DNA of 64,000 nucleotides from a virus, in IMG/VR virus record IMGVR_UViG_3300045988_131126, one strand, 5' to 3'. Position numbers and translations under genes: made by a program. The notes below the pieces were generated by a model. It was not told the origin of the DNA. It saw only the letters and a program-made list of their open reading frames with translations, and searched no databases. This document shows positions 27,572 to 35,406 of the stretch, piece after piece. How positions within the stretch are numbered: position 1 is the stretch's first letter; each line of letters opens with the position of its first letter.

Positions 27572-27610
27572 AAACCACATACGGGAAATCCCGTATGTGG
27601 TTTTTCTTTC
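27572..27610 (+). terminator. Intrinsic terminator after the capsid gene
   Basis: 15-bp stem aaaccacatacggga / tcccgtatgtggttt followed by tttttcttt. Confidence 0.8.
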
Positions 27611-28197
27611 TACTTAGTGTCCGGATATAATACATATTTGAATATATCCTGAATTGAATCTTTTAGAATATTCGATATTGAATAATTCAAATATTCTTTT
27701 ACCTCCTCTGGAAGGTTGGATACACTGTTTAATCTGTTATTAGCGTCGCATTCCAGTTTATTTATCAGGAATTCTTTTTCAAACTGAATTGCATCAGATT
27801 TTTGTGTATCCTTATCTTTCTTATTTACTTCGTGCAATAAATAAGATGAGCAAGCTCCTACGAATTCTAAATTCGTCGGTTTGTTCATCTTTTTGTAGTA
27901 TTTGAAGACTGCATCAAAAGTTTCAGTATGTGGTTCCTTCCACAATTTTTCTACTACAAACCTTAAATTTCTTTCGGACTTATTCATAGTCCTGATTTCT
28001 GTATCGTTATATTTAGAAACATATTTTGTTGTTTCTATGTATAAAGCCATCATCTTTGGTCTTTCCTTGTTATTGACCAAACTTTCACAATATCTTTTAA
28101 GTATATACTTAAAAGATATTTCTCCTTTGTACGCATTAGGTATTATACCTAATCTTTCAGTAAATTCATTAATTTCATTTTCTGTCGGTACTCTCAT
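27610..28197 (-). CDS. Hypothetical early protein (195 aa)
   Basis: ORF track. GGAGGA SD. Early promoter word and a TCTGAAT palindrome upstream. Confidence 0.75.
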   Translation of the reverse strand: MRVPTENEINEFTERLGIIPNAYKGEISFKYILKRYCESLVNNKERPKMMALYIETTKYVSKYNDTEIRTMNKSERNLRFVVEKLWKEPHTETFDAVFKYYKKMNKPTNLEFVGACSSYLLHEVNKKDKDTQKSDAIQFEKEFLINKLECDANNRLNSVSNLPEEVKEYLNYSISNILKDSIQDIFKYVLYPDTK

Positions 28198-28239
28198 TTT
28201 GTTTCCTCCATTCTTTTATCCAATTATCCAAGCAAAATA

Positions 28240-28278
28240 GAATAACGTGTAGATATATAATGTATCTACACGTTATTC
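28240..28278 (-). terminator. 16-bp hairpin. It is either a terminator for 28333-28977 or a leader hairpin of the 28197 transcript.
   Basis: gaataacgtgtagata / tatctacacgttattc. It overlaps the 3' end of the early promoter word. Confidence 0.4.
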
Positions 28279-28292
28279 ATTATAATAATATA
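28273..28292 (-). promoter_or_regulatory. Early-type promoter word (tatattattataatgaataa on the minus strand)
   Basis: Upstream of 28197 and next to the TCTGAAT palindrome. Confidence 0.55.
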
Positions 28293-28303
28293 CAATTCAA
28301 TAC

Positions 28304-28330
28304 TCTGAATTATTCAGAATGGTTCTGAAT
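28304..28330. promoter_or_regulatory. TCTGAAT-T-ATTCAGA palindrome plus an extra TCTGAAT half-site
   Basis: Palindrome at 28304-28318, half-site at 28324-28330. It is adjacent to the minus-strand early promoter word. Confidence 0.55.
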
Positions 28331-28332
28331 GT

Positions 28333-28977
28333 CTACTTTTGTGTATCTCTACAATGCATAGAAGTCCTGTGAAGGTATTTATTAAAGGTTACCAATGGAG
28401 ACGTAGTGCTGCCACATTTAGGGCACACCATATTGTTTATATGAGTTTTTAAATCTGGTACATCAGATAGTCTTTGATCAGAAATACATCCGCAATTAAG
28501 ACAAAGTACATCATCTTCTGTCATTATAGCTATAATATTTTCTTTATCTGAAATACTATACTTTTTACTATAATAATTAGCAATCATTTCTGGATCTTTT
28601 TCCATAGTATCATATGTAGCTTTATATGGTTTAGCCACTATTTTTTGTTTAGATTCTTTCCTTGGAGATTTATCTAAATCTCTTTGTAAAGTTAAGAACT
28701 TGTAATTATTTCTTTTAGCATTAATAAAATAGTAGATATCATCTTTAATAGCTTTAGGGCCTGTGCAGTATTTCGTAAAGAATTTTTGTATACCGTTATA
28801 ATCTATTGCTATATTCCCAACAGGTTTAGGTATTCTATCAGGATTTTCTGCAGATATTGCTGTCATCGTTATACTCGTAGTTGGTGGGTAATTCATCATA
28901 TACTCTTTAATGTATTTACCTTTTACACTAAACTTGTCTATACAGTTTAAATCGAACCCAAAATCGTTTTCTTCCAT
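28333..28977 (-). CDS. Hypothetical protein with a C-terminal zinc ribbon
   Basis: ORF track. CLNCGC...CPKCGS near the C-terminus. AAGGAG SD. Confidence 0.7.
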   Translation of the reverse strand: MEENDFGFDLNCIDKFSVKGKYIKEYMMNYPPTTSITMTAISAENPDRIPKPVGNIAIDYNGIQKFFTKYCTGPKAIKDDIYYFINAKRNNYKFLTLQRDLDKSPRKESKQKIVAKPYKATYDTMEKDPEMIANYYSKKYSISDKENIIAIMTEDDVLCLNCGCISDQRLSDVPDLKTHINNMVCPKCGSTTSPLVTFNKYLHRTSMHCRDTQK

Positions 28978-29054
28978 ATTTTTAACTCCTTTTCTTTATC
29001 CTCTTAGGTGTGAAAACCTATTATTTTATATAAGAGTTACGGATAGAGTAATAG

Positions 29055-30854
29055 TTAAAACTTAGGATCTGTAAGCTTTACTTTATCCTCATTCAATACT
29101 TTAGTTAAATTATATATGGCTTGTACTGCTTCATTTGTAGAAACTTTAATATTATTTCCACCAAGATCTATATATACTGCTTTAGAATTAATCTGCTCCC
29201 TTAACTCTCTATTGGCTTCTTCTGACCAAACAGCTTTTACAGAACACTGGTCACCATCATAGTCACCACCAATGGATTTAAGATAAACATTACTGAATAC
29301 TAATGTATCAATGAACTTATTGGAAGTATCACTTCCAATATCAGATTCTCTAATCTTTGGATAGAATGGATAATATGTATTATTTACATATATCTTTTCG
29401 GTTTCTTTTGTTGTACTTACTCTTACTAGTATCGGAAACTCGTTGAAGTAAGAATCCATAGGGAATCGAGTAATAAGAATGGTTTTATCCTTACATGCTT
29501 CACATGCTGCCATATATAATACATCACACCATGTAAGCGGCCTATTAATAAGAGAAGATTCTCCCATTATATCACCGCCAGTTTTAGCATACTTAGCTTT
29601 AGATACTTTCTTACCTTTAAATACTAATCCTAAAGTTCTTCCTGTCTTTTGATCGGTTAATGTAACTGGTTCTAATCTCTTAGAGAAAGAGAAGATAAAT
29701 TTATCTATTTGAGAATCTATCTCTTCATCAGAAAAAGTTATAAGTGGATCTTTAGGTTCAAACGGTACTAATTTTTTAGCTTTCGGATCGTAGACTTGCA
29801 TCAATTCTACATTTTGAAATAGATTTTCAAATAATCTTTTAGTCTGGAATATAATAAATGGCTTAAAGTTTACCAATGCAGATGCTAATGGTAATGCTGC
29901 ATGGTCTGTATCTACCATTAAATCTTCCATAGCTTCTACTTTTAAATCTGGAGCTGATAATACCAAACGTGTACCCATATCTGTAGATTTACTTAATACA
30001 GCTTCACGTATAATACCTGTCTTACCAGCTAATCCAATGCCATCATCTTTATTTTTAGAAGTACCAAATAAAGCATTAGATATATTTAATAAAGTTTCTT
30101 GTATTCTAGCATTAGTAGTATTCTCTATAGATAATCCGTAATCCTGAGTTTCTTGTATAGCTTTAGATGATATTATTAATGATTGATAATACTTATTAAT
30201 ACCACCAGCTCCAACAGCACCTTTAACCTTAGTATCCATATCTCTATAGAACGGAGGTATTACAAGAAATTTATCAAGAAACATCATTTTCTTGCATTTA
30301 TATAAGAATTGTATCTTTGTTGATCTAGTTCTTGTACCAGTTTCTTTTATTTTTATTTTATTTATATTTTTTCTAAGGAATTCTATACCAGTATCACCGC
30401 CAGATTGTACCTCTTGAATTAAACCATCCTGGTCTACTTTATAGAATCCTATCCCTGATACTATATTTCTAATTCTTTTATCTATACTGCACCATACTTT
30501 GTAGCAAAATGGATGCATGAACCACCCATGTAAATCAATATAACCAAATATATTAGCTCTATCATCTTTAGTTATACCGAATATTTCTTGAGATAATAAT
30601 CCTTTCGGAGCAGGATAGCCATCTCTAATAAATAATAAAGTATCTGTGATCTCTTCTACATTATTTTTCTTTATAAAATCTTGATAATCTAATAAGTCTA
30701 CCTTAAGGTGATTCATTTCTGCTTCATTCAAAACTCTACGACCATTGGTAGACACCCCATGAACAACAAGATTTACTATATTAAACTCTTCTTTAGTTAA
30801 AGTGAATTGTCCAGATTTACGCTGATAGTTTAGTGCACCTAAAATACCTGTCAT
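29055..30854 (-). CDS. RNA polymerase beta-prime subunit, N-terminal half (phage multisubunit RNAP)
   Basis: FLVIPPFYRD (compare VLPPDLRP), GKTGIIREAVLSKSTDMGTRLVLSAPDL (compare [24 protein letters not shown]), ITRFPMDS (compare NRAPTLH), IGGDYDGDQCSV (compare NADFDGDQMAVH). Confidence 0.85.
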   Translation of the reverse strand: MTGILGALNYQRKSGQFTLTKEEFNIVNLVVHGVSTNGRRVLNEAEMNHLKVDLLDYQDFIKKNNVEEITDTLLFIRDGYPAPKGLLSQEIFGITKDDRANIFGYIDLHGWFMHPFCYKVWCSIDKRIRNIVSGIGFYKVDQDGLIQEVQSGGDTGIEFLRKNINKIKIKETGTRTRSTKIQFLYKCKKMMFLDKFLVIPPFYRDMDTKVKGAVGAGGINKYYQSLIISSKAIQETQDYGLSIENTTNARIQETLLNISNALFGTSKNKDDGIGLAGKTGIIREAVLSKSTDMGTRLVLSAPDLKVEAMEDLMVDTDHAALPLASALVNFKPFIIFQTKRLFENLFQNVELMQVYDPKAKKLVPFEPKDPLITFSDEEIDSQIDKFIFSFSKRLEPVTLTDQKTGRTLGLVFKGKKVSKAKYAKTGGDIMGESSLINRPLTWCDVLYMAACEACKDKTILITRFPMDSYFNEFPILVRVSTTKETEKIYVNNTYYPFYPKIRESDIGSDTSNKFIDTLVFSNVYLKSIGGDYDGDQCSVKAVWSEEANRELREQINSKAVYIDLGGNNIKVSTNEAVQAIYNLTKVLNEDKVKLTDPKF

Positions 30855-30909
30855 TATATTAGACCTCCTAATATTAATATTATAATAAAGTTACAGATAG
30901 CAGAAAATA

Positions 30910-30937
30910 AGCTAGTATGGGTTAACCCATACTAGCT
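30910..30937 (-). terminator. Hairpin overlapping the stop of 30922-31239
   Basis: agctagtatgggt / acccatactagct, followed on the minus strand by a T-rich tract. Confidence 0.5.
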
Positions 30938-31239
30938 GTATTTAAAATATTTATTCGTATTGATTTATCATCAACTACACTGTTTATGAAATACTTATCT
31001 CCATAAATATGTAGAAAGGTTCCATTAATTAATCCTTGCATTTCATTAGCGTCTTTTTTGTTCTTAAATGCTATTACGAAAGGATTAATTATTTTATTAT
31101 CAACAGATATATTCACAGTATCACAGTTACCAAATAGATTATATAGAAGCATAACCTCTTCAAAATGATTAAGTATATATTCTTCTATACTTATATCAGA
31201 GGAACTGGACAACGAGTTTATGAATCTACATCTATCCAA
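30922..31239 (-). CDS. Hypothetical protein (105 aa, TTG start)
   Basis: ORF track. AAGAGGAGG SD 9 nt upstream of the TTG. Confidence 0.65.
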   Translation of the reverse strand: MDRCRFINSLSSSSDISIEEYILNHFEEVMLLYNLFGNCDTVNISVDNKIINPFVIAFKNKKDANEMQGLINGTFLHIYGDKYFINSVVDDKSIRINILNTASMG

Positions 31240-31439
31240 AATCTTAATCCTCCTCTTTTACATGTCTCCATTGACAGCATCTTCTAATACTTCGGCTTGT
31301 TTAGCTTGCTGTGCTCTCTTACTTCTAGATTCACGATCTATTATATATTTCAATGTATTGACATGCCCAAAAGGTATATTAGTCAATTCAAATATAGTAG
31401 TTCTTCCTCTAAAATAAGTAGCTATACCGACACACTCTC

Positions 31440-32990
31440 CTATAAAGCCGCCAGTGCTGCCAATCTGTGACGCGTAAAAACCAATTCATCTGCAGAGATA
31501 GCTGTAGCTGGAATAACTGCATTACATTCAATACATGTTGTTTCAGGAATCTGATAAGAGATAGATTCGTCACGTTTACTGATCTCCTGAATATACATAA
31601 GAATTGCATGATACTGGTCAGAAGACAGTTTACGAATAGTCTTACCAAACTGAATGATTTTAGATTTAGCTGTTTTAGCTGTATTATTTGTATAATGACG
31701 ATACTCGATAGGATCAAGAGTCATTGTATTCTTATTAATATAATAAATAGAATCAATATAAGATACAAGTGCAATAATATCTCTATATTTCTCTACGAAT
31801 GCTGTATCAAGCATAGCAATTTCAAATACCATATTGAAGATAGATGGTTCTCTAAATCCAATAGCAAAATCTTCAGATACAGGTACAACCTCAGATTTAT
31901 ATAATCCTTTAGGTTTAGCGATATTTCCATTATAAATATTATAGAATTTTGTTTTAGCTTCATCATTCTCAAACTTAACGAAATCCATAATATCAAGATT
32001 ATCAGTTAAGAATACATGCTTATTATCTGTAGGACAGTTTGTAATCGGCATATATGCTTCTCCTTCAAATGTAGCACGAAAAGCACCAAACCAATAATGC
32101 TCGATATCGAAGAAGCTTGTGCACTTAGCCCACTCTTCCATTGAAGCAGGCTTATCTCTATCAATAATATGATCATAAAGCATTTTATATCTTACAGATT
32201 CAGAATTCATTCTACTTCCGCCAGGATTATTGAGCTTATCAATTTCTGCACCTGTGAAACCAAGCATTCTAAATCTGTTACCTGTATTATATGCTACCCA
32301 ATCTGCAGCTTTTCTATTAGGATTTTCTACTGTATCAAGTACAGCATTTAATGCTACTGGCTTCTTAGATATTGTAAATGCAGAAAGGTCATATTTTTTA
32401 GCTACAACCTTAATTTTGGATTTTACTGAAGCTTTTAATTTCTCATTGATAATTTCATCATCTCTTGTTTCCTGAGTAGTGGTTGCAGTATTTTCATCTT
32501 CATCCTCGTCGTCATCAGGAAATTCGATATCATCAAGATTAGTAGGAATATTATACTCTTCTTTTTTAGGAGCATTATCAAATCCAATTATTTTCTCAGG
32601 ATCTGCATCTACTTTTACATCTGCCATTTCTTTAAGTTCATCGTTTGATGTAGGAGTCGCAGACGTTGTTAATACTGGCTTTTCTTCTTCATTCGTATGA
32701 TCTGATTCAATTTCAAATTCTTCTTCATTTGTATATTCATCATCTTCTATGATATTAGAATAACCTGTTGTGTATTTAACGGTTTTTTCTACTTCTTCTT
32801 GCTGATCTGGTTCTTTTTTAGCTACGCTTTTTGTTACTGATCTACCAGTAATAGCACTAGCTACTGTTTCTTCGTCTCTTTCCTGCGGATAAGCATAATG
32901 TACTTCGTTTCCATCATTCTTAAGATCACTAAGAGATACGGAATCTTCTGGTCTTGCGTTGTCTGTAAAAACTTTGTTTTCTGTGGACAT
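31440..32990 (-). CDS. Hypothetical protein (516 aa) with an acidic N-terminal third; possible -1 frameshift extension
   Basis: ORF track. AAGGAGG SD. See the finding on 31258-31482. Confidence 0.75.
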   Translation of the reverse strand: MSTENKVFTDNARPEDSVSLSDLKNDGNEVHYAYPQERDEETVASAITGRSVTKSVAKKEPDQQEEVEKTVKYTTGYSNIIEDDEYTNEEEFEIESDHTNEEEKPVLTTSATPTSNDELKEMADVKVDADPEKIIGFDNAPKKEEYNIPTNLDDIEFPDDDEDEDENTATTTQETRDDEIINEKLKASVKSKIKVVAKKYDLSAFTISKKPVALNAVLDTVENPNRKAADWVAYNTGNRFRMLGFTGAEIDKLNNPGGSRMNSESVRYKMLYDHIIDRDKPASMEEWAKCTSFFDIEHYWFGAFRATFEGEAYMPITNCPTDNKHVFLTDNLDIMDFVKFENDEAKTKFYNIYNGNIAKPKGLYKSEVVPVSEDFAIGFREPSIFNMVFEIAMLDTAFVEKYRDIIALVSYIDSIYYINKNTMTLDPIEYRHYTNNTAKTAKSKIIQFGKTIRKLSSDQYHAILMYIQEISKRDESISYQIPETTCIECNAVIPATAISADELVFTRHRLAALAAL

Positions 32991-33010
32991 ATTTTACTTC
33001 CTCCTTAAAA

Positions 33011-33436
33011 TTATAAATCGTCTTCATCATCGAAGTCATCTTCAAATCCAGTTTTAACTGAACCCAAGATATTATCTATTTCATCAGCAGACTGTTTAGT
33101 TTCTGCTGCAATTTTCTCTTTGTTTTTATTTCGAGCTTTTATAACTCTTTCCATAGGTTTAGTATTTAATGGAATAGGTTTATCACCTAATAAGACATTA
33201 GCATATCCATATCCAAGCAATTCATTCATTTCCTGTTTAGAAATATTACCATCTGTCTCTTCCATAATTTCATTAAATTTTTTAGCTTCCGCTATTTTCT
33301 TAGGAATAATAACTTTATCGAACACATCCAAAGCTCTATCAGCATCATCTTCTTTTTCTGGATGAAGCATTGGATCATCTTCCTTAGGAGCAGGTTTGAA
33401 ACCGAGTTCTTCAGGAGTCATTTCTACTAAAGCCAT
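33011..33436 (-). CDS. Hypothetical acidic protein (141 aa)
   Basis: ORF track. AAAGGAG SD. Confidence 0.7.
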   Translation of the reverse strand: MALVEMTPEELGFKPAPKEDDPMLHPEKEDDADRALDVFDKVIIPKKIAEAKKFNEIMEETDGNISKQEMNELLGYGYANVLLGDKPIPLNTKPMERVIKARNKNKEKIAAETKQSADEIDNILGSVKTGFEDDFDDEDDL

Positions 33437-33454
33437 AAATATATCTCCTTTCTT

Positions 33455-33841
33455 TTATCCGTTATATAATTCGGTTAAAGTAACTTCATTATTTTTGGAT
33501 ATATTAGCTTTTAATGTATAAATAGAATCATCAATATCTAATTCTATTAAAAGAATTTTGTTTTCTTGTAAACTTATATTTACGTCTACTTGAGTAAAAT
33601 ACGGAAGAAATCTATTTATTTGATCCTCAATATTTTCTTCTAAGTCAACAATAGTTTCAGAATTCATATATCTATATTTACTAACCAGTCCTACTCCAGC
33701 TTCTGGGGCAATGGAAATAGTACCTGGTTCTAATAATATTAATCTACATACTAAAGTTAGTATTGCATCTTTATCTTTTATAACTAGAGGTTTATTGAAC
33801 GTACTTGTCGTAAACAAGTGATCTGTAAAAGTTTGCATCAT
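33455..33841 (-). CDS. Baseplate wedge protein, gp25 / GPW-like
   Basis: AILTLVCRLILLEPGTISIAPEAGVGLVSKY...LEENIEDQINRFLPYFTQVDVNIS follows the gp25 pattern (sIknsLlgiitTrkGsRpfdPeFGcdL....ve.nIesav..yEPRi....V.v). Confidence 0.6.
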   Translation of the reverse strand: MMQTFTDHLFTTSTFNKPLVIKDKDAILTLVCRLILLEPGTISIAPEAGVGLVSKYRYMNSETIVDLEENIEDQINRFLPYFTQVDVNISLQENKILLIELDIDDSIYTLKANISKNNEVTLTELYNG

Positions 33842-33885
33842 TTACCTCCTTTAAATCTTACTATAAAGTTATTCAAATACAATTA

Positions 33886-33904
33886 TATATTATAATAGTG
33901 AATA
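33886..33904 (+). promoter_or_regulatory. Early-type promoter word (tatattataatagtgaata)
   Basis: About 33 nt upstream of ATG 33937. Confidence 0.5.
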
Positions 33905-33936
33905 CGAAGACAAAAATATAAAAGGAGGAAGTCAAT

Positions 33937-34656
33937 ATGAAAAATATATTAGCCGTATTTAATTGTGTACTTAAAGTTATGCATACAGAAGAAGATTGGA
34001 CGGAAGATGACAGATATTTTATGATATCACGTCAGGATTTATTTGCTGCTTTAGAAGAAGCAGAACAGTATATTTCAGACGTGTTTAATGAAGTGTATGG
34101 GAAAATCAATAATACCGAATGGCCATATAAACTGGTGAATGATGAGTATGATATTTATATAAAAATACTTAATGATAAATTTGAGTCGACCGGATATGAA
34201 CCAGATTCTGTAGATATGCTGACATTTGACCATGATATTAGATCAAATGATGAGTATCTGAAATATGTAGATTATGTGGAATATAGGTATGACTTCAAAA
34301 CAAGAAAAAGCAAAAGATATGAGAATGTTTATGGATGTGAACCTATAAGGCGGGATATTGGAGATAGCAAAAAATATCCAAGCTTTAAAATAGGCGATAT
34401 AGTAAAGCTTCAATATTCTGATAAATTATATGTTGTAAGCGGTGCTCCAACTATTAACAGTTTAAATAGAACTGTATGGAATCTGACATATTGTATACTT
34501 CCGTATATATGTGGTAAAGAAACCGATTTGTTTGTTGATGGTGAAAAAGAAGGAGTACATGAAAGCGAATTAGAACTTGTGTCTAAAGGTAATAATAAAC
34601 ATTTGCATTTAGATTATAAAAAGGGTACGTATATTATAACTGATAAGGAGAATTAA
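33937..34656 (+). CDS. Hypothetical protein (239 aa)
   Basis: ORF track. AAGGAGG SD. Early promoter word at 33886-33904. Confidence 0.75.
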   Translation: MKNILAVFNCVLKVMHTEEDWTEDDRYFMISRQDLFAALEEAEQYISDVFNEVYGKINNTEWPYKLVNDEYDIYIKILNDKFESTGYEPDSVDMLTFDHDIRSNDEYLKYVDYVEYRYDFKTRKSKRYENVYGCEPIRRDIGDSKKYPSFKIGDIVKLQYSDKLYVVSGAPTINSLNRTVWNLTYCILPYICGKETDLFVDGEKEGVHESELELVSKGNNKHLHLDYKKGTYIITDKEN

Positions 34657-34657
34657 A

Positions 34658-35098
34658 ATGCGTATGAATTACTTAGAATTAGCTGATAAATTAAAAGAAA
34701 ACACTATAACTCGTTTAAAAGAGGAAGTGATCCCATTAAATGAATTTACAGTAAGTAAAGATATAACCGGACTGGATCATAATATAATGATGGGAAATGC
34801 AAGCGAAAATCATCCAAACAGAATCAAAATATTTATTGGCAAGAAACCGGCCATTACTATAGCTTCTACTGGAGGAGAGGATGAACCTGCTGAAGTAAAA
34901 ATATTACCAAATAAACAAAGAGCCGAAGGATTAATTGGAGGTCCGAAAGAATTAAATAAATATATAAAATTTTTCAAAGAAAACTATGATCTTGTATTGC
35001 GTATAACTGATGACATGATGAATTCGGTAGATAAAGGAATTAGTAAACAATTGGAAAATGAAATTAAAGAAGAATTAAAAAGAAGGAGCAAAAAATAA
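34658..35098 (+). CDS. Hypothetical protein (146 aa)
   Basis: ORF track. AAGGAG SD. A terminator follows. Confidence 0.75.
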   Translation: MRMNYLELADKLKENTITRLKEEVIPLNEFTVSKDITGLDHNIMMGNASENHPNRIKIFIGKKPAITIASTGGEDEPAEVKILPNKQRAEGLIGGPKELNKYIKFFKENYDLVLRITDDMMNSVDKGISKQLENEIKEELKRRSKK

Positions 35099-35104
35099 TT
35101 TAAG

Positions 35105-35149
35105 CAGTATGAGATGGAGTAAAACCCGTCTCATACTGTTTTATTTTTT
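35105..35149 (+). terminator. Intrinsic terminator after 34658-35098
   Basis: cagtatgagatgg / ccgtctcatactg (one G-U pair) followed by ttttatttttt. Confidence 0.8.
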
Positions 35150-35318
35150 GTGATATTTTAATAAAATATAAATTTTAGCAAATGAGAAATATATTATGTA
35201 TTTAGGAACAAACCAAAATAGAATACAAAGAAGTACAGTATTCCTTAAATGATGTAAAAATTTACAAAAGATGATCTAAATTATATTTGCAAATGTATAG
35301 AAAATGACTAAATATATG

Positions 35319-35354
35319 GTAGTAAGACCGAATATTCGGTCTTACTACTTTTTT
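35319..35354 (+). terminator. Second, orphan intrinsic terminator
   Basis: gtagtaagaccgaa / ttcggtcttactac followed by tttttt. No ORF lies between it and the previous terminator. Confidence 0.7.
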
Positions 35355-35406
35355 GTATATCTGAAACATTTCAGTAATTAATCAAATAAAGGAGAGTACA
35401 GTTATT

